From the IMG/VR virus record IMGVR_UViG_2563366824_000008: a stretch of 41,432 bases of DNA, one strand, 5' to 3'. Positions 17,244-26,584 of the stretch are shown in pieces. The position numbers were made by a program, and so were the translations under genes. The notes beneath the pieces are model-generated. The model was not told the origin of the DNA, did no database searches, and worked only from the letters and a program-made list of their open reading frames with translations. The stretch comes from a virus. Its lineage: Duplodnaviria > Heunggongvirae > Uroviricota > Caudoviricetes. Each line of letters starts with the position of its first letter. Position 1 is the first letter of the stretch.

Positions 17244-19714
17244 CAGAATCCCCCAACAGTAAGGCGAGGAATAACGGCAAGAACAGACAGCGGCAACGGG
17301 TCAAGCTGACGGATTTTTACACGCCCGTTTTTGCCCCAGTTACTGTCCAGTTTCACTTCTACTTTTCCGGTAGCATCATCAACAGGATCATCGTAGAACT
17401 CGAATTCACGCTGTGGATATTCGTACCATTTACCGCCGGGCGTAGTCGCCCAGATGCCGCGACTGGCATTCACAACCAGAGTAACGGACGGGATCACCTG
17501 TTTTTTGTCCAGCAGCGTTTCCTGTCCGTTAATGTTGATATCCAGTGTTTCGAATTCAGCAGTTATTGGCAGGCCGATGTGCACAACAGCCCCCGGTGAT
17601 TCCAGCGTGACGGCACCTCCGGAAACCACTTTTTGTGGTTCCACGTTCGCATCAGAGAGGATGTTTACGGTCTGGCCTTCAAGATGAGACAAGCCGCCAA
17701 ATGTCCGGCGCGCCATCTGCCAGTTCGTGGTGGCCACATTCCTGAGGGATGGCGGGACGTTCCTGTTAGCACGAACCACTACTGCGGTATTGCTGGTTAC
17801 AGAAATAATGTCGCAACGTAATTCTTTTGACACTTCATCGCCAGTATCAGGATCAGCTCCGGTATAAGGGAACTGTAGTTGCGCACCAACATCACTACTG
17901 GTGAAGTACGCACCACCAGAAACACTGATTGTATATTCCGCGTGGTAATCCCATTCACCAGAACCACCAGTGATGGTCATCGTTCTGTCAGACGTATTTC
18001 TTCCATCATAGCTAAGGCCAGAATCAACAAAGAAAGCATCTTCATCGCTGGTAAATAAACGGCTGGACAGTCTCTCGATGTATCTCACTGTTTGCCCGTT
18101 AACGGTTCTGTTAACGACGAAATACACCGCATCTTCATTGCCTTCGCTGATACTGCATGTGCTTTCATATTTTCCGGTACTGGATTGTGGTGCCCATGCA
18201 AAAACCTGCTGATCACGCAAATAGGTCATCACCAGTAATTTACCGTCATCACGAATGCAGAAGGCACTGGAGTAAGGGACAATCGAGAAGCACCAGTCAA
18301 CAATGCTGTGCTTCTGAAAAAGATGATTGGCAAGGATAGTAAGGTCGTTCCCCTGATAGCCGTCAACATCGAATGAATAGGCCAGATCACGGACAACACT
18401 GCCTTTCTCCTGGACGAACAGAGCAATATTCGCCACGGCAATTGGTGGGACGTTGCTTGAGCCATTTGATCCCTGAGAGCTGAATGCAAATGATGATGGG
18501 GTTAACACTTTGTTCTGGTCGCCGGTGATGACGTACTCACCTCCGGAAGTCAGCGCCACCAGCGAACCAACATCAATCAGGTGGCGGATCTCATTAACCT
18601 GACGCCCGGCATAGGTGTAGATAATTCTATCGTCATCCTGCGTAGGATTGCTTTTGCCAAAATCCTTATAATCCCCAGTACGGCTGGCCCAGATAGTCTG
18701 AGGGAACGCAGTCGATGCGGCGAAGTAAAGACGCTGTTGATAATAAACAACAGTGCCAGGATAACCATTAACACTGTTCCAGGCATATTTAGCCCATTTA
18801 TAGCTGGCATTATCCTCGCCAACGACCTGCGAAGGGATATAGGAAATCACCTCAGCAGTTGCAGTAGTGCCATTTACAGCAGTTATACGGGCAATGCCAA
18901 AACCACTGTGCAGATACTCCCACTCAATGCCAGTATCATCATCACCGGAGCCGCCCCAGCCATCCCATGATGTGCCTTCTGTATGCGAAGGGCGCAAAGT
19001 GCCTGTTTTGCCTGCTGTAACGGCGCGATAGTAGTTACTGTCTGCACGGCGAATATCGCCAATCGACGTACTCTTACTGGTTTCCCATACCGGTACTGAA
19101 TCCACTGCTGGCTGTTCCAGATAGAACAATTTGCCAACCTGCTCCGCGCCAAAAATAGAGGCGCTTGCCGTTAACGTAATTGTCCCGGTGCTGGCGCTGG
19201 CATAAACCGTCACTGACTCGTCAATATTGATATCTTCAAATGGCCCGTTCTTCGTTACCACATCAACCAGTTGCCAGTTGTCATGCGCATAGCGGCGCAA
19301 CTCTTTCGGCGGGTATGCCGGATGAACCAGCGTAAGCACGTCTGCGCTTTGCGTGAATTTAATTCTGAACAGATCGGCTTCAGTATATGGCGTGGCAATT
19401 TCATAAATAACATTGCTGCTGTTCAGCACCAACGCACCATCTTTGATAACGCGCATGTACTGGTGTCCGAACTCCAGAGCATAGGTCTGAACCGTCGAGA
19501 ACTGGAACGGGATCAGGCGGCATTTCCGATTTGGGTATTTGGCGGCACCAACAAAACGCGTACCAGGTCGATTCTCAACGCCGCCATACTGCCGCACGAT
19601 AAAGTTATCGCACTTGCGCAATGCCACCTGGTACTTCGCCATGTCGATACGACCATACAACGATGGTCCAATCTCACCACCGGCAAAGCTGGGCTGGATC
19701 CAACTGATAGCCAT
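17243..19714 (-). CDS. tail tubular protein B-like (nozzle)
   Basis: 823 aa; size and position after a ~200-aa protein match T7 gp12; N-terminus loosely resembles gp12 as remembered. Confidence 0.5.
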   Translation of the reverse strand: MAISWIQPSFAGGEIGPSLYGRIDMAKYQVALRKCDNFIVRQYGGVENRPGTRFVGAAKYPNRKCRLIPFQFSTVQTYALEFGHQYMRVIKDGALVLNSSNVIYEIATPYTEADLFRIKFTQSADVLTLVHPAYPPKELRRYAHDNWQLVDVVTKNGPFEDINIDESVTVYASASTGTITLTASASIFGAEQVGKLFYLEQPAVDSVPVWETSKSTSIGDIRRADSNYYRAVTAGKTGTLRPSHTEGTSWDGWGGSGDDDTGIEWEYLHSGFGIARITAVNGTTATAEVISYIPSQVVGEDNASYKWAKYAWNSVNGYPGTVVYYQQRLYFAASTAFPQTIWASRTGDYKDFGKSNPTQDDDRIIYTYAGRQVNEIRHLIDVGSLVALTSGGEYVITGDQNKVLTPSSFAFSSQGSNGSSNVPPIAVANIALFVQEKGSVVRDLAYSFDVDGYQGNDLTILANHLFQKHSIVDWCFSIVPYSSAFCIRDDGKLLVMTYLRDQQVFAWAPQSSTGKYESTCSISEGNEDAVYFVVNRTVNGQTVRYIERLSSRLFTSDEDAFFVDSGLSYDGRNTSDRTMTITGGSGEWDYHAEYTISVSGGAYFTSSDVGAQLQFPYTGADPDTGDEVSKELRCDIISVTSNTAVVVRANRNVPPSLRNVATTNWQMARRTFGGLSHLEGQTVNILSDANVEPQKVVSGGAVTLESPGAVVHIGLPITAEFETLDININGQETLLDKKQVIPSVTLVVNASRGIWATTPGGKWYEYPQREFEFYDDPVDDATGKVEVKLDSNWGKNGRVKIRQLDPLPLSVLAVIPRLTVGGF

Positions 19715-20322
19715 CAGGACAACCTCGCAATGGTAAACTCGTCAACCGGTGGCTGTGGTTCCTGTGATTCATTCTGGCTATGCGAGCCAGCACTAAGAAT
19801 CACGCGATTGTACATATTGAGGGCAAACGTACCGAGGTCTGCATTCCCAGTCAGCGCCATGTTAATAGCTGCCGCAAGACGCCAGGCCAACGCCTCCATA
19901 AAAATGGCATCAAACATGTTCACATCTGTAACGCGAGAGACATACTTGAGCCATGCCTGAGGCTGGTCTGTGTAGATCAACTTTCCTGTTCCGTTGGTGT
20001 CTGCACCAACTTCGTACTGAACGCGCATTGGTGCTGCTGGATTGCGTACACCAGGAAGCATAATTTCAGTAATGCGCAGACAATCGGACGGGTACTGGTA
20101 CGCATATTCCCAGTCAAGCGGTGGATTGCTCGTATCTGCAAGCGCCACGCGTTTGGTAGCAAAGTTCCAGTCAAAATCAGAAAGCACAGCATCACGGCAG
20201 GCCTCAAAGTGCAGCGAACATTCCCCCGCTTCCTTGTTGGCTTCCGTCAGGCTGTTAATGCTGCGGCTATTGCCAATATTGGACAGCGCACGATTACAGA
20301 TCTCTACTACAGAGGCCATCAC
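19714..20322 (-). CDS. tail tubular protein A-like (gatekeeper)
   Basis: 202 aa; position and size match T7 gp11. Confidence 0.45.
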   Translation of the reverse strand: MMASVVEICNRALSNIGNSRSINSLTEANKEAGECSLHFEACRDAVLSDFDWNFATKRVALADTSNPPLDWEYAYQYPSDCLRITEIMLPGVRNPAAPMRVQYEVGADTNGTGKLIYTDQPQAWLKYVSRVTDVNMFDAIFMEALAWRLAAAINMALTGNADLGTFALNMYNRVILSAGSHSQNESQEPQPPVDEFTIARLS

Positions 20323-20648
20323 TCACCTCCGTTACCGTACAGAGTTTCAGCCGCTGATTTTTCTACATCCCCGGAAACAGGAGCAATCGCCATATCAGTG
20401 ATCTGCAGATCGGCGCTGCGATTAACACCATCGTCAGTTTCTCTGGCAGACAGGCCTCGAATAACAGCCTTTGCAGTTATCATCACTTCTGTTCCGACGC
20501 CCTGAGGTTGCGCCTTCAGCTTATTCAATGTGTCGTTATTAAGAGTGATGCACAGCCCCCACGGGTATTCATCGCGAGTTCTGGTTTCTCCGCTCTCATC
20601 CTGGTAGCTGTCAGTGCCGGTTTTGAGGTTTACGAGTTCCATATACAC
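20319..20648 (-). CDS. virion-associated hypothetical protein
   Basis: 109 aa; 4-nt overlap with downstream gene. Confidence 0.4.
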   Translation of the reverse strand: MYMELVNLKTGTDSYQDESGETRTRDEYPWGLCITLNNDTLNKLKAQPQGVGTEVMITAKAVIRGLSARETDDGVNRSADLQITDMAIAPVSGDVEKSAAETLYGNGGE

Positions 20649-20692
20649 TCCTGCAATAAAGGGGCCGAAGCCCCTTGTCTGATTCGCGAGGC

Positions 20693-21037
20693 TTACACGC
20701 CCAGTTCTTTACGCTTATCTGCGATCTTCTCGCGGAGCGTTTCGGCTTTGGCGTTATGGCGTGGCTTCTCGTTAAAGAGCAATTCGTACTCTTCACGGAG
20801 CTTATCCAGTTCACCATCATCTGACACATCGTTGATGATTTTGGTGCTGGTTGCTGCCATAGACACCTTTCCTGCTACCTTTGCTTTTGCCTGTCTGGCT
20901 GCATCGTTAACAGGTTCCAGTGCGCTACCAGGCTCACCTTCGTATTCGATTTCTGCCCCCTCCGGCCACAGTGTGTTATGGATATGAGAGAGGCGCAGAA
21001 CGCGGTATCTTGGTTTCTCACCTGACATCGAAATCAC
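20693..21037 (-). CDS. virion-associated hypothetical protein
   Basis: 114 aa; charged C-terminal helix. Confidence 0.4.
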   Translation of the reverse strand: MISMSGEKPRYRVLRLSHIHNTLWPEGAEIEYEGEPGSALEPVNDAARQAKAKVAGKVSMAATSTKIINDVSDDGELDKLREEYELLFNEKPRHNAKAETLREKIADKRKELGV

Positions 21038-21038
21038 C

Positions 21039-21476
21039 TTAACCAGTTACTTTTGAGCGGATCGGGTACGGTGTATTGGCATCAACATCCAGACTGATAC
21101 CCGCAGTGAATTTGCCGGCCGTTAGTGGGCCAGTTGCGACGGAGTAGTTAACACGCAGATATCGCTGAACACCGGCAGGCACCTTTGCAGAAACAACTCG
21201 TTTACCTGCTGTCAGGGTAGCCTTTGCCAGTGCGCCACTATCATAAATAGTGGACCATGAGCTGTTATTCTCACTCGTCTGCAACTGGATGTTTACAGTT
21301 GCCTCACCACTTGCCGTGGCGGCTTCGTTAACCAGCGCCCAAAACTCAAGCGGGTAACCCACGCCGATATCGCGACGATTTCCATCAATTGGACCTAGAT
21401 CGATTACGTCAGTAGAAGCCGCGGTATCAGTTACCGCCTGTGCTTCGGAGAACATCAACAGTTTGTCGGTGATCAT
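21039..21476 (-). CDS. putative capsid decoration or accessory protein
   Basis: 145 aa; immediately downstream of the major capsid gene; Thr/Ala/Gly-rich. Confidence 0.4.
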   Translation of the reverse strand: MITDKLLMFSEAQAVTDTAASTDVIDLGPIDGNRRDIGVGYPLEFWALVNEAATASGEATVNIQLQTSENNSSWSTIYDSGALAKATLTAGKRVVSAKVPAGVQRYLRVNYSVATGPLTAGKFTAGISLDVDANTPYPIRSKVTG

Positions 21477-21527
21477 CTTCTTTCTCCATTAGTGGGCCTG
21501 TTACGACCCACAGGTTAATAACAGGCG

Positions 21528-22520
21528 TTACACCACGCGGGCTTCTGTTTCCAGAAGCGCATCAGTTTCACGGATTGGTACACCACGGAATGAAGTCCAC
21601 CACTCGCCTTCTGTCTCTTTTACGCTGATCGCCAGAGATGTTTTCTCCAGAGATTGCAGATCAAGAGCCTGGCCTACAGTGCGGTTCATGTAGAACACCG
21701 GGCGACCCATTCCACGGTTTGGAATGCGATGCAGTGCTTTAACCATCAACTTCGCAATATTTGCGGCAGAGGAAGGTTCTGAAAGATTGCTGACATCGAT
21801 GTTTGCAATGCGAACAACATAACGCCAGTCACGCAGAGCAAGTCCGTTGTCCCATTTGTAATGGGTGCGATAGCCTTCGTACTTGCCGCCATTAGCATCT
21901 TCCAGTGTCACCTGGCCTTTATCTTCCATCTGGATGCCAGCCTTCTGCCCTTTCGGGAAGATGCCATGCACGGTGTTTTCGCCCCACACCACTAACCAGA
22001 TTGAGGTGTTATCTGTACCCGTGCCACCAGCATCAATGATGTTCTGAGCATTACCCGCAGACAGGCTGGAATAGCGGGAGGACAGTCCCATAAACTGCTG
22101 AGGGTTAACGCTGGAATCACCATAAAACAGCGTCTGCGCCATCTGCTGATTCATCGCTTCAATAAATGCGCGGTCTTCAGACAGGCGGAATTCAGCGGTA
22201 TTGCCGTTCAGATTAGCCAGTGACTTATCGACTTCAGCATAGGTTTCCAGCATGCCAACGGAATCGGTTACCTGCACTGTGGTTGATTTGCTTGGCTGTA
22301 CGCCATAGTTCAGCAAACGCCAGGTAGCTGAAGGTAAACCAGAACGAATGGTGGTTCGGTGTCCGGTAGGAAGGTTCCCTTCGACAAAAGGCATATCCTG
22401 AAGGATCGGGTTAGTTTGACCGAGAAGCTCGATAATCTTATCGACTTTCCCGTTTGGATCGACGCGCTTACCCCAGTCAGCCAGCGTTAGCGCAGTTAAG
22501 CCTTTAACAGCCATTGTCAT
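21528..22520 (-). CDS. major capsid protein
   Basis: 330 aa; follows the scaffold gene; size and composition typical of HK97-fold capsid proteins of T7-like podoviruses. Confidence 0.7.
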   Translation of the reverse strand: MTMAVKGLTALTLADWGKRVDPNGKVDKIIELLGQTNPILQDMPFVEGNLPTGHRTTIRSGLPSATWRLLNYGVQPSKSTTVQVTDSVGMLETYAEVDKSLANLNGNTAEFRLSEDRAFIEAMNQQMAQTLFYGDSSVNPQQFMGLSSRYSSLSAGNAQNIIDAGGTGTDNTSIWLVVWGENTVHGIFPKGQKAGIQMEDKGQVTLEDANGGKYEGYRTHYKWDNGLALRDWRYVVRIANIDVSNLSEPSSAANIAKLMVKALHRIPNRGMGRPVFYMNRTVGQALDLQSLEKTSLAISVKETEGEWWTSFRGVPIRETDALLETEARVV

Positions 22521-22528
22521 TTCCTCTC

Positions 22529-23230
22529 TTATTTGCCATAGAGCACTTCGGCCGCACTACGCTGGCCTTCATTACCACCGGTGACCATGCCATCTTCAGA
22601 CATCGCCTTTCCGATTTTCACGAACGTTTTGACCAGATCAGGGTGATTACCCAGCCCGGTGGTGTTCAGATATTCTTTGAGTTCAGGTGTCCCGAACTGG
22701 TCAAGCGCACGCTGTGCGGCGCTAAGGTTAGAAATCAACTTGTCGCCACCGATTTCTTTGTCAGCTTTTACATCCGCAGCCCACTGCTCGGTTGTTTTCT
22801 GCCAGGCTTCTGCCTGGCGCTGCTGAACACCTGCCAGAATCTTCGGATAAGCATCAACCAGCTTTTGCGCTTGCTCGTTGGTCAGGTTAAGTTCTCGCGC
22901 CACCGGCTCGAATTCCTTCAACGCTTCTGTATCCAGCTCTACGCCTTCGGCAGCCTGAAACTCGTACTTCTCAGGCGCACCCTCTGGTTTATCGCCGTCC
23001 TTTTTTTCATCCTGCTTATCGTTTTCAGGCTTTTTGTCATCAGCAGGTTTATCGCCATCAGCAACAGGTTGTGGCTTATCACCTTCCTGTTGTGATGGAT
23101 CACCAACTGGAGCAGGGTTATCACCTGCAGGCGCTGACGGTTCTGACGCAGCCGGAGCTGCTCCACCATCGACTGGTTGCTCATTGCAAAGACGGCGATA
23201 CAGCAAACGCTCAAATAAATTCATGATCAC
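22529..23230 (-). CDS. scaffolding protein
   Basis: 233 aa; acidic, Pro/Asp/Lys-rich low-complexity N-terminal half and helical C-terminus; lies between portal and capsid. Confidence 0.55.
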   Translation of the reverse strand: MIMNLFERLLYRRLCNEQPVDGGAAPAASEPSAPAGDNPAPVGDPSQQEGDKPQPVADGDKPADDKKPENDKQDEKKDGDKPEGAPEKYEFQAAEGVELDTEALKEFEPVARELNLTNEQAQKLVDAYPKILAGVQQRQAEAWQKTTEQWAADVKADKEIGGDKLISNLSAAQRALDQFGTPELKEYLNTTGLGNHPDLVKTFVKIGKAMSEDGMVTGGNEGQRSAAEVLYGK

Positions 23231-23523
23231 TCCTGTTCACTGGCCTCTTTGGCCATCTTCAAATACTGTTCAGGGCAATGCGCCATAACGCGCTGAAACA
23301 GTTCCAGCGCCAGATTGCGTTGCCCCTCATTAAATGCCATTGCCATAGCGTCCATCGGTGAGATAGCGGAAAACACACGGCCTTTCTCCAGCACCGACCA
23401 GACAACGCGACGCCCCTGTTTACTGCTCATGACAAAGCGAATGTCATCAATTTCACGCTGCGCCATGTCACGTTGCTTACGGGCGTTTTCTTCTTTCAGT
23501 TGATCGTCTTCGTAATCTGTCAT
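23227..23523 (-). CDS. hypothetical head-module protein
   Basis: 98 aa; 4-nt overlaps with portal and scaffold genes. Confidence 0.4.
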   Translation of the reverse strand: MTDYEDDQLKEENARKQRDMAQREIDDIRFVMSSKQGRRVVWSVLEKGRVFSAISPMDAMAMAFNEGQRNLALELFQRVMAHCPEQYLKMAKEASEQE

Positions 23524-25199
23524 TGTGATTGCCCACCCTGACCACTAACTGCATTCGCCATAGCTGACAAAACACTCGGATCAGAAGTTTTAGCTTCGCT
23601 TAGCGTTTTGGCACCCTGTGCCGCCGCCATCCCCATCGCCATCATTTGTTGCTGCTGTTGCTGCTGTGCCCGTTGCTGGCGAGCCTGCTCAACCTGTTCC
23701 TGCGGAACAATGACGGTTGGAGACACTCCGGACATATCAGCGAATGCATCGATCGCCTGATCAACGTTGAGTTTGTCGAGAGCTTCTGGTTTCGCTTGCG
23801 CAAGTTGACCAATGAAGTTAACCGTGGACGCCAGACTGGACAGGCCGATAGACTTCTGCGCCTGAGCCATGACGGAAATGTATTCGACCTTCAGGGGCAT
23901 ACCTTCCATCACGTCTGGCGGTGGCGGCAGCATGTTTTTACGCACCATCATCGAGAAAGAGCGATCAATGAGAGGATTAAGACATTCGTCGTTCAGGCGC
24001 TCCAGAACCGGCCCCAACATCAGAAGTTTTTCTTCTTTCATTTCGATCACCGCTTCCACAGGCATCGAGCGGGTATTGATGTTCTGCAACATCATGAACA
24101 GATCGACAAAGTAGGCGCTGTTAATGATTTGACGAGTGTCCTGAATGTCTGCCACCAAATCTGCTGTACTGGGGTTAACCAGATAAGCAGGCCTGAAACC
24201 ATCCTGACCAGTAATCTGATCGATATACGTGATGTCGCCAGGAAGAAGGGAGGCACGCTGATTCTTGAGGGAAGTCGGAGCAACCATCGGCGGATTGGTG
24301 GCTTTATCAATCAACTGCGACTTGCGCTTCTGGAGAAGCTGCAATGCCTTAACAGGTCCAAGCGCCAGCATACCAGGGCATGATGATCCATAAACATCTT
24401 CGCCATTAACTTCCCAGCGCGGAGCCATAATTGGAAACTCATCGAATCCGGACTCACGCAACAACTTGTCGTTATCGCCACCAACCTCGTAATAAACCGA
24501 TTTGAATGGCTTGTTCTTGCTATCCAGCTTCGATGTATCGCGGTCAATGTTCGGGTAAACCGAATGCATCACTTCAATCCACTTCTCGTAGGTGCCGCTT
24601 TCCCACATGCTTTTTACGGATTCGCTGACGTTATTTAGCCCGAACTCCTGAACAAGCTGACGAACAGTCATAGAGAACTTGCGAAAACAGGTGTCCACAC
24701 TGCCACGAGGTGAGTTAGCCAGGTAGTAACTGCCTATCGGGAATGGCATTGTGCGAATGATGTCCTCATCATCCTCCAGCACTGCCATTGCACCAGTGCT
24801 ATATGTGCCTAGGCTTCCGTATAACTGCGGCAGTGACTGATAGAGATTCGACTTATTGAACATATCGTTCATGCGGTTCTGCACCGCCTCAAGCCACAAC
24901 TTAACAGGGCCATAATCCATCATTTCAGGATCTGGCGTAGCCAGGCGAAACCACGGACGCGCGGGGCTTGTGATGCCTGACATCATGCCGCTGGCGAGAG
25001 TGCGCGCCGCCATAGTCCCGGTCGAATCAATAATGCGTGTATTGCGTCGATCGTTACGGTTGACCTCAGAAGTCAGAAAGCGGGAACCACGCGGGTTGAT
25101 GTAATCACTCAACTCGCGCCAGTGCGGCTCGAACGACTGACGCTCGCTTTCAAGTTGTGCGAACTGTTTGTTCAATCGCTCTTTAGTTGTTTCCGCCAT
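23520..25199 (-). CDS. portal (head-to-tail connector) protein, T7 gp8-like
   Basis: 559 aa; C-terminal Gln/Ala/Met-rich tail; follows the large terminase across the tRNA insert. Confidence 0.7.
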   Translation of the reverse strand: MAETTKERLNKQFAQLESERQSFEPHWRELSDYINPRGSRFLTSEVNRNDRRNTRIIDSTGTMAARTLASGMMSGITSPARPWFRLATPDPEMMDYGPVKLWLEAVQNRMNDMFNKSNLYQSLPQLYGSLGTYSTGAMAVLEDDEDIIRTMPFPIGSYYLANSPRGSVDTCFRKFSMTVRQLVQEFGLNNVSESVKSMWESGTYEKWIEVMHSVYPNIDRDTSKLDSKNKPFKSVYYEVGGDNDKLLRESGFDEFPIMAPRWEVNGEDVYGSSCPGMLALGPVKALQLLQKRKSQLIDKATNPPMVAPTSLKNQRASLLPGDITYIDQITGQDGFRPAYLVNPSTADLVADIQDTRQIINSAYFVDLFMMLQNINTRSMPVEAVIEMKEEKLLMLGPVLERLNDECLNPLIDRSFSMMVRKNMLPPPPDVMEGMPLKVEYISVMAQAQKSIGLSSLASTVNFIGQLAQAKPEALDKLNVDQAIDAFADMSGVSPTVIVPQEQVEQARQQRAQQQQQQQMMAMGMAAAQGAKTLSEAKTSDPSVLSAMANAVSGQGGQSQ

Positions 25200-25213
25200 T
25201 TCAATGACTCCGG

Positions 25214-25420
25214 TTACTGACCAAGCAGCGTTTTACCGCTGGTATTAGCGGTTGATGTGTCGCCCTGAGAACCGGTAAGCAGCGTAGAACTACGACCAGC
25301 AGCAGCGCGACGGCGACGTGTTTCTTCGTCGCGGGCATCAACAACGGCGGCATCCTGCTCCTGTGGTGCTGCCTGAACTTCTGGTGTTGCAGGCACTGAT
25401 GGTGAGCTACCCATGCACAT
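25214..25420 (-). CDS. small hypothetical protein upstream of portal
   Basis: 68 aa, Ala/Arg-rich; weak RBS; could be spurious. Confidence 0.3.
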   Translation of the reverse strand: MCMGSSPSVPATPEVQAAPQEQDAAVVDARDEETRRRRAAAGRSSTLLTGSQGDTSTANTSGKTLLGQ

Positions 25421-25510
25421 ATCAATGACTCCGTACGCAATTAAATTATTACCAATTTAACCACATATGATTTATTTATCGTAGAAGGTTGACATTTGAC
25501 GCGTGAATTA

Positions 25511-25525
25511 TTACCTTTCAGGTAA
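25511..25525. promoter_or_regulatory. candidate repressor operator TTACCTTTCAGGTAA with adjacent TTGACA
   Basis: Perfect motif copy; TTGACA at 25489..25494 immediately upstream; 320 nt before the tRNA. Confidence 0.45.
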
Positions 25526-25847
25526 CTAAAGAGCTCATTCCGGCTACTAACCTGACTGGCTTGTCGTTAAATTGAACAGGTAGAGTGAGATTTTATTTTG
25601 AGCAGTACGGCGTATGGCACATGCGCCGATAGCGGTCTGGATACGTTTAAGGGGCACCCTCCCTTGCTCGGGCAAACGAACCAGGTAGCCGGAATGTGCA
25701 AGTCGAGCGGTTTTATTCCGCGCACGGGGATTCACCATCCCGGCGATTCGGTGTGACGCCTCGGAAGAGACGAGGGTACAACGATGAGAGCATTTATGGA
25801 GCCGCGACAAAGTGTGGCGCCTTAACAGGCTAAGTGCTCTCAGCGTT

Positions 25848-25924
25848 GTGGCATTAGCTCAGTTGGACAGAGCAACCGCCTTCTAAGCGGTTGGTCGCAG
25901 GTTCGAATCCTGCATGCCACGCCA
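25848..25924 (+). tRNA. tRNA-Arg, anticodon UCU (argU-like)
   Basis: 77-nt cloverleaf folded by hand: acceptor GTGGCAT/ATGCCAC, D arm GCTC/GAGC, anticodon stem ACCGC/GCGGT with loop CTTCTAA, T arm GCAGG-TTCGAAT-CCTGC, discriminator G, encoded CCA. Confidence 0.9.
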
Positions 25925-25967
25925 GAATCACGCCTAAGGACCGTGATACCAGAAGTTCCAGGTGCTT

Positions 25968-26010
25968 GGCGGTGATGGTTTCCCTTGAAGGACTATCACC
26001 GCCCTTTTTA
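25968..26010 (+). terminator. rho-independent terminator after the tRNA
   Basis: GGCGGTGAT ... ATCACCGCC 9-bp stem followed by CTTTTTA. Confidence 0.5.
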
Positions 26011-26122
26011 CAGCAGGACGCCATTGCGATGACTTCATGCTGTAAACCCGTACAGCCACGGAAGGCATAACTCATTGCTTCCAGTTCGCCCGGTTCGCCG
26101 GGCATTTTTTTAAGGTGAGATT

Positions 26123-26494
26123 ATGAACGACCAGCAAATCGAAAAAGAAATCGTTGAGAAAGGCAAAACGGCACCGCGCGTTACGCCAGACCATATCGAA
26201 GGCATTATTGCTCAGGAGGCATATTTCACAGCAGAAGATGGTGCCTTTGGCAAAGCCATAAAAGCGAAACATACTGGCGGAGAGGTAAACTACCAGCCGC
26301 ACGAATCACTTTCTCTGCTGACGTTCTGCGTCCTGGTGCTGCGCAACGGCTTCACCGTCACCGGAGAGAGCGCCTGTGCAAGCCAGGAAAACTTTGATGC
26401 AGAAATTGGTCGGAAGATTGCCCGGCAGAATGCTGTAAACAAAATCTGGATGCTCGAAGGTTACTTGCTGAAGCAGAAGCTAAGCGAGCAATAA
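26123..26494 (+). CDS. hypothetical phage protein (possibly Gp49-like)
   Basis: 123 aa; RBS AAGGTGAG; on the opposite strand to flanking terL and portal; family assignment from memory only. Confidence 0.6.
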   Translation: MNDQQIEKEIVEKGKTAPRVTPDHIEGIIAQEAYFTAEDGAFGKAIKAKHTGGEVNYQPHESLSLLTFCVLVLRNGFTVTGESACASQENFDAEIGRKIARQNAVNKIWMLEGYLLKQKLSEQ

Positions 26495-26498
26495 CACC

Positions 26499-26510
26499 GT
26501 GACATGTCAC
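26499..26510. repeat. 12-bp perfect palindrome GTGACATGTCAC, copy 2 of 3
   Basis: Exact repeat; 5 nt after the 26494 stop and about 75 nt after the terL stop. Confidence 0.8.
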
Positions 26511-26512
26511 AA

Positions 26513-26540
26513 ACAGCCAGCCGATGAGCTGGCTTTGTTT
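26513..26540 (+). terminator. rho-independent terminator of the tRNA insert
   Basis: AGCCAGC-cgatga-GCTGGCT followed by TTGTTTT. Confidence 0.55.
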
Positions 26541-26584
26541 TATCCTCATCAGAGGATATCAACGACATTATCCCCACCAGCGGA

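Noticed and set aside
19271-20505. Long plus-strand ORFs (19271..19960, 19780..20505, and similar ones at 15563..16180 and 23646..24383) inside minus-strand virion genes
   Set aside because: They are antisense to a tightly overlapping, well-supported structural operon and lack start contexts; treated as shadow ORFs.
25547-25810. 87-aa minus-strand ORF in the tRNA leader
   Set aside because: Antisense to the operator-driven plus-strand transcript and without RBS; the leader is more plausibly non-coding, though this is not excluded.
25848-25924. tRNA as the prophage attachment site
   Set aside because: The tRNA lies in the middle of the prophage between portal and terminase genes and is intact with its own promoter and terminator; the integrase is about 14 kb away at the right edge, so the att site is probably beyond the window.
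25854-26105. 83-aa minus-strand ORF from the track
   Set aside because: It is antisense to and fully overlaps the hand-folded tRNA-Arg and its terminator, and has no RBS; read as a shadow ORF.
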